The notes beneath the pieces were generated by a model, which saw only the letters and a list, made by a program, of their open reading frames with translations, did no database searches and had not been told where the DNA came from. A program made the position numbers and the translations under genes. A DNA stretch of 52,771 bases, counting the filler, from Sphacelaria rigidula (taxonomy: Eukaryota), in assembly GCA_964200075.2 (NCBI GenBank). It is 3 parts of 3 records of this genome, joined end to end, with 100 filler letters (N's around TTAATTAATTAA, not from the genome) between each part and the next. Parts side by side here need not be neighbours in the genome. Positions count along the whole stretch, not along the records: positions 35,252 to 52,771 come from CAXNAA020001059.1; 2 more parts are not named here. One strand, given 5' to 3'. Shown here piece by piece: positions 52,487 to 52,771 of this stretch. The first letter of the stretch is position 1; the number at the start of each line of letters is the position of its first letter.

Positions 52487-52699
52487 GCCGAAGCCCACGC
52501 AAAACCGTTTACTGGAACATAGCCGGTCCTGTTGCTGTCCGCATCGTCGACGCTGTACACGTTTCACGTGCCACCTGGAGCGGACATGTGATGGTGCGAT
52601 AGCCACCTTCGTAACTGAACTTACTCCGTATAGACCCTCTGAGTTTAGTACGACGATAGCCCTCGTTACCCCCCTCCCCCCCCTCCCCTCTCCCTGGTG

Positions 52700-52771
52700 C
52701 CTGGCCCGGCGAAAACCCGGCGTGCTCCGTCCCGGCTTTGTAGGGATGCGAGGTCAATGGTCTGATTACTA
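52700..52771 (+). repeat. Family C repeat (runs off the window)
   Basis: ggcgaaaacccggcgtgctccgtcccggctttgtagggatgcgaggtcaatggtctga. Confidence 0.88.

Overview
Eukaryotic, intron-rich, repeat-rich DNA. By inference it is most likely a brown alga (Phaeophyceae): short exons in kb-scale introns, GTGAG/GTGCG donors, tRNA-derived SINEs and a copia element. Most short ORFs in the track are spurious. By splicing manually I reconstructed: (1) a complete 6-exon, 498-aa type II membrane GT-B fucosyltransferase-superfamily gene (+, 4432-12046); (2) a partial gene with a large G/S/R-rich first exon and a GC-AG intron (+, 18671 to at least 31907); (3) three phase-compatible exons of a YHYH-like Cys-rich protein (+, 35612-39393); and (4) a full-length but decayed Ty1/copia LTR retrotransposon (-, 41654-47750). 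The rest holds at least two tRNA-SINE families plus a chimeric SINE, several foldback/MITE elements, an intronic cluster of three long hairpins (29987-31075), a 235-bp tandem duplication ending exactly at a splice acceptor, a 40-bp higher-order tandem array and microsatellites. Two 100-bp N gaps contain a TTAATTAATTAA linker, so continuity across them is uncertain.
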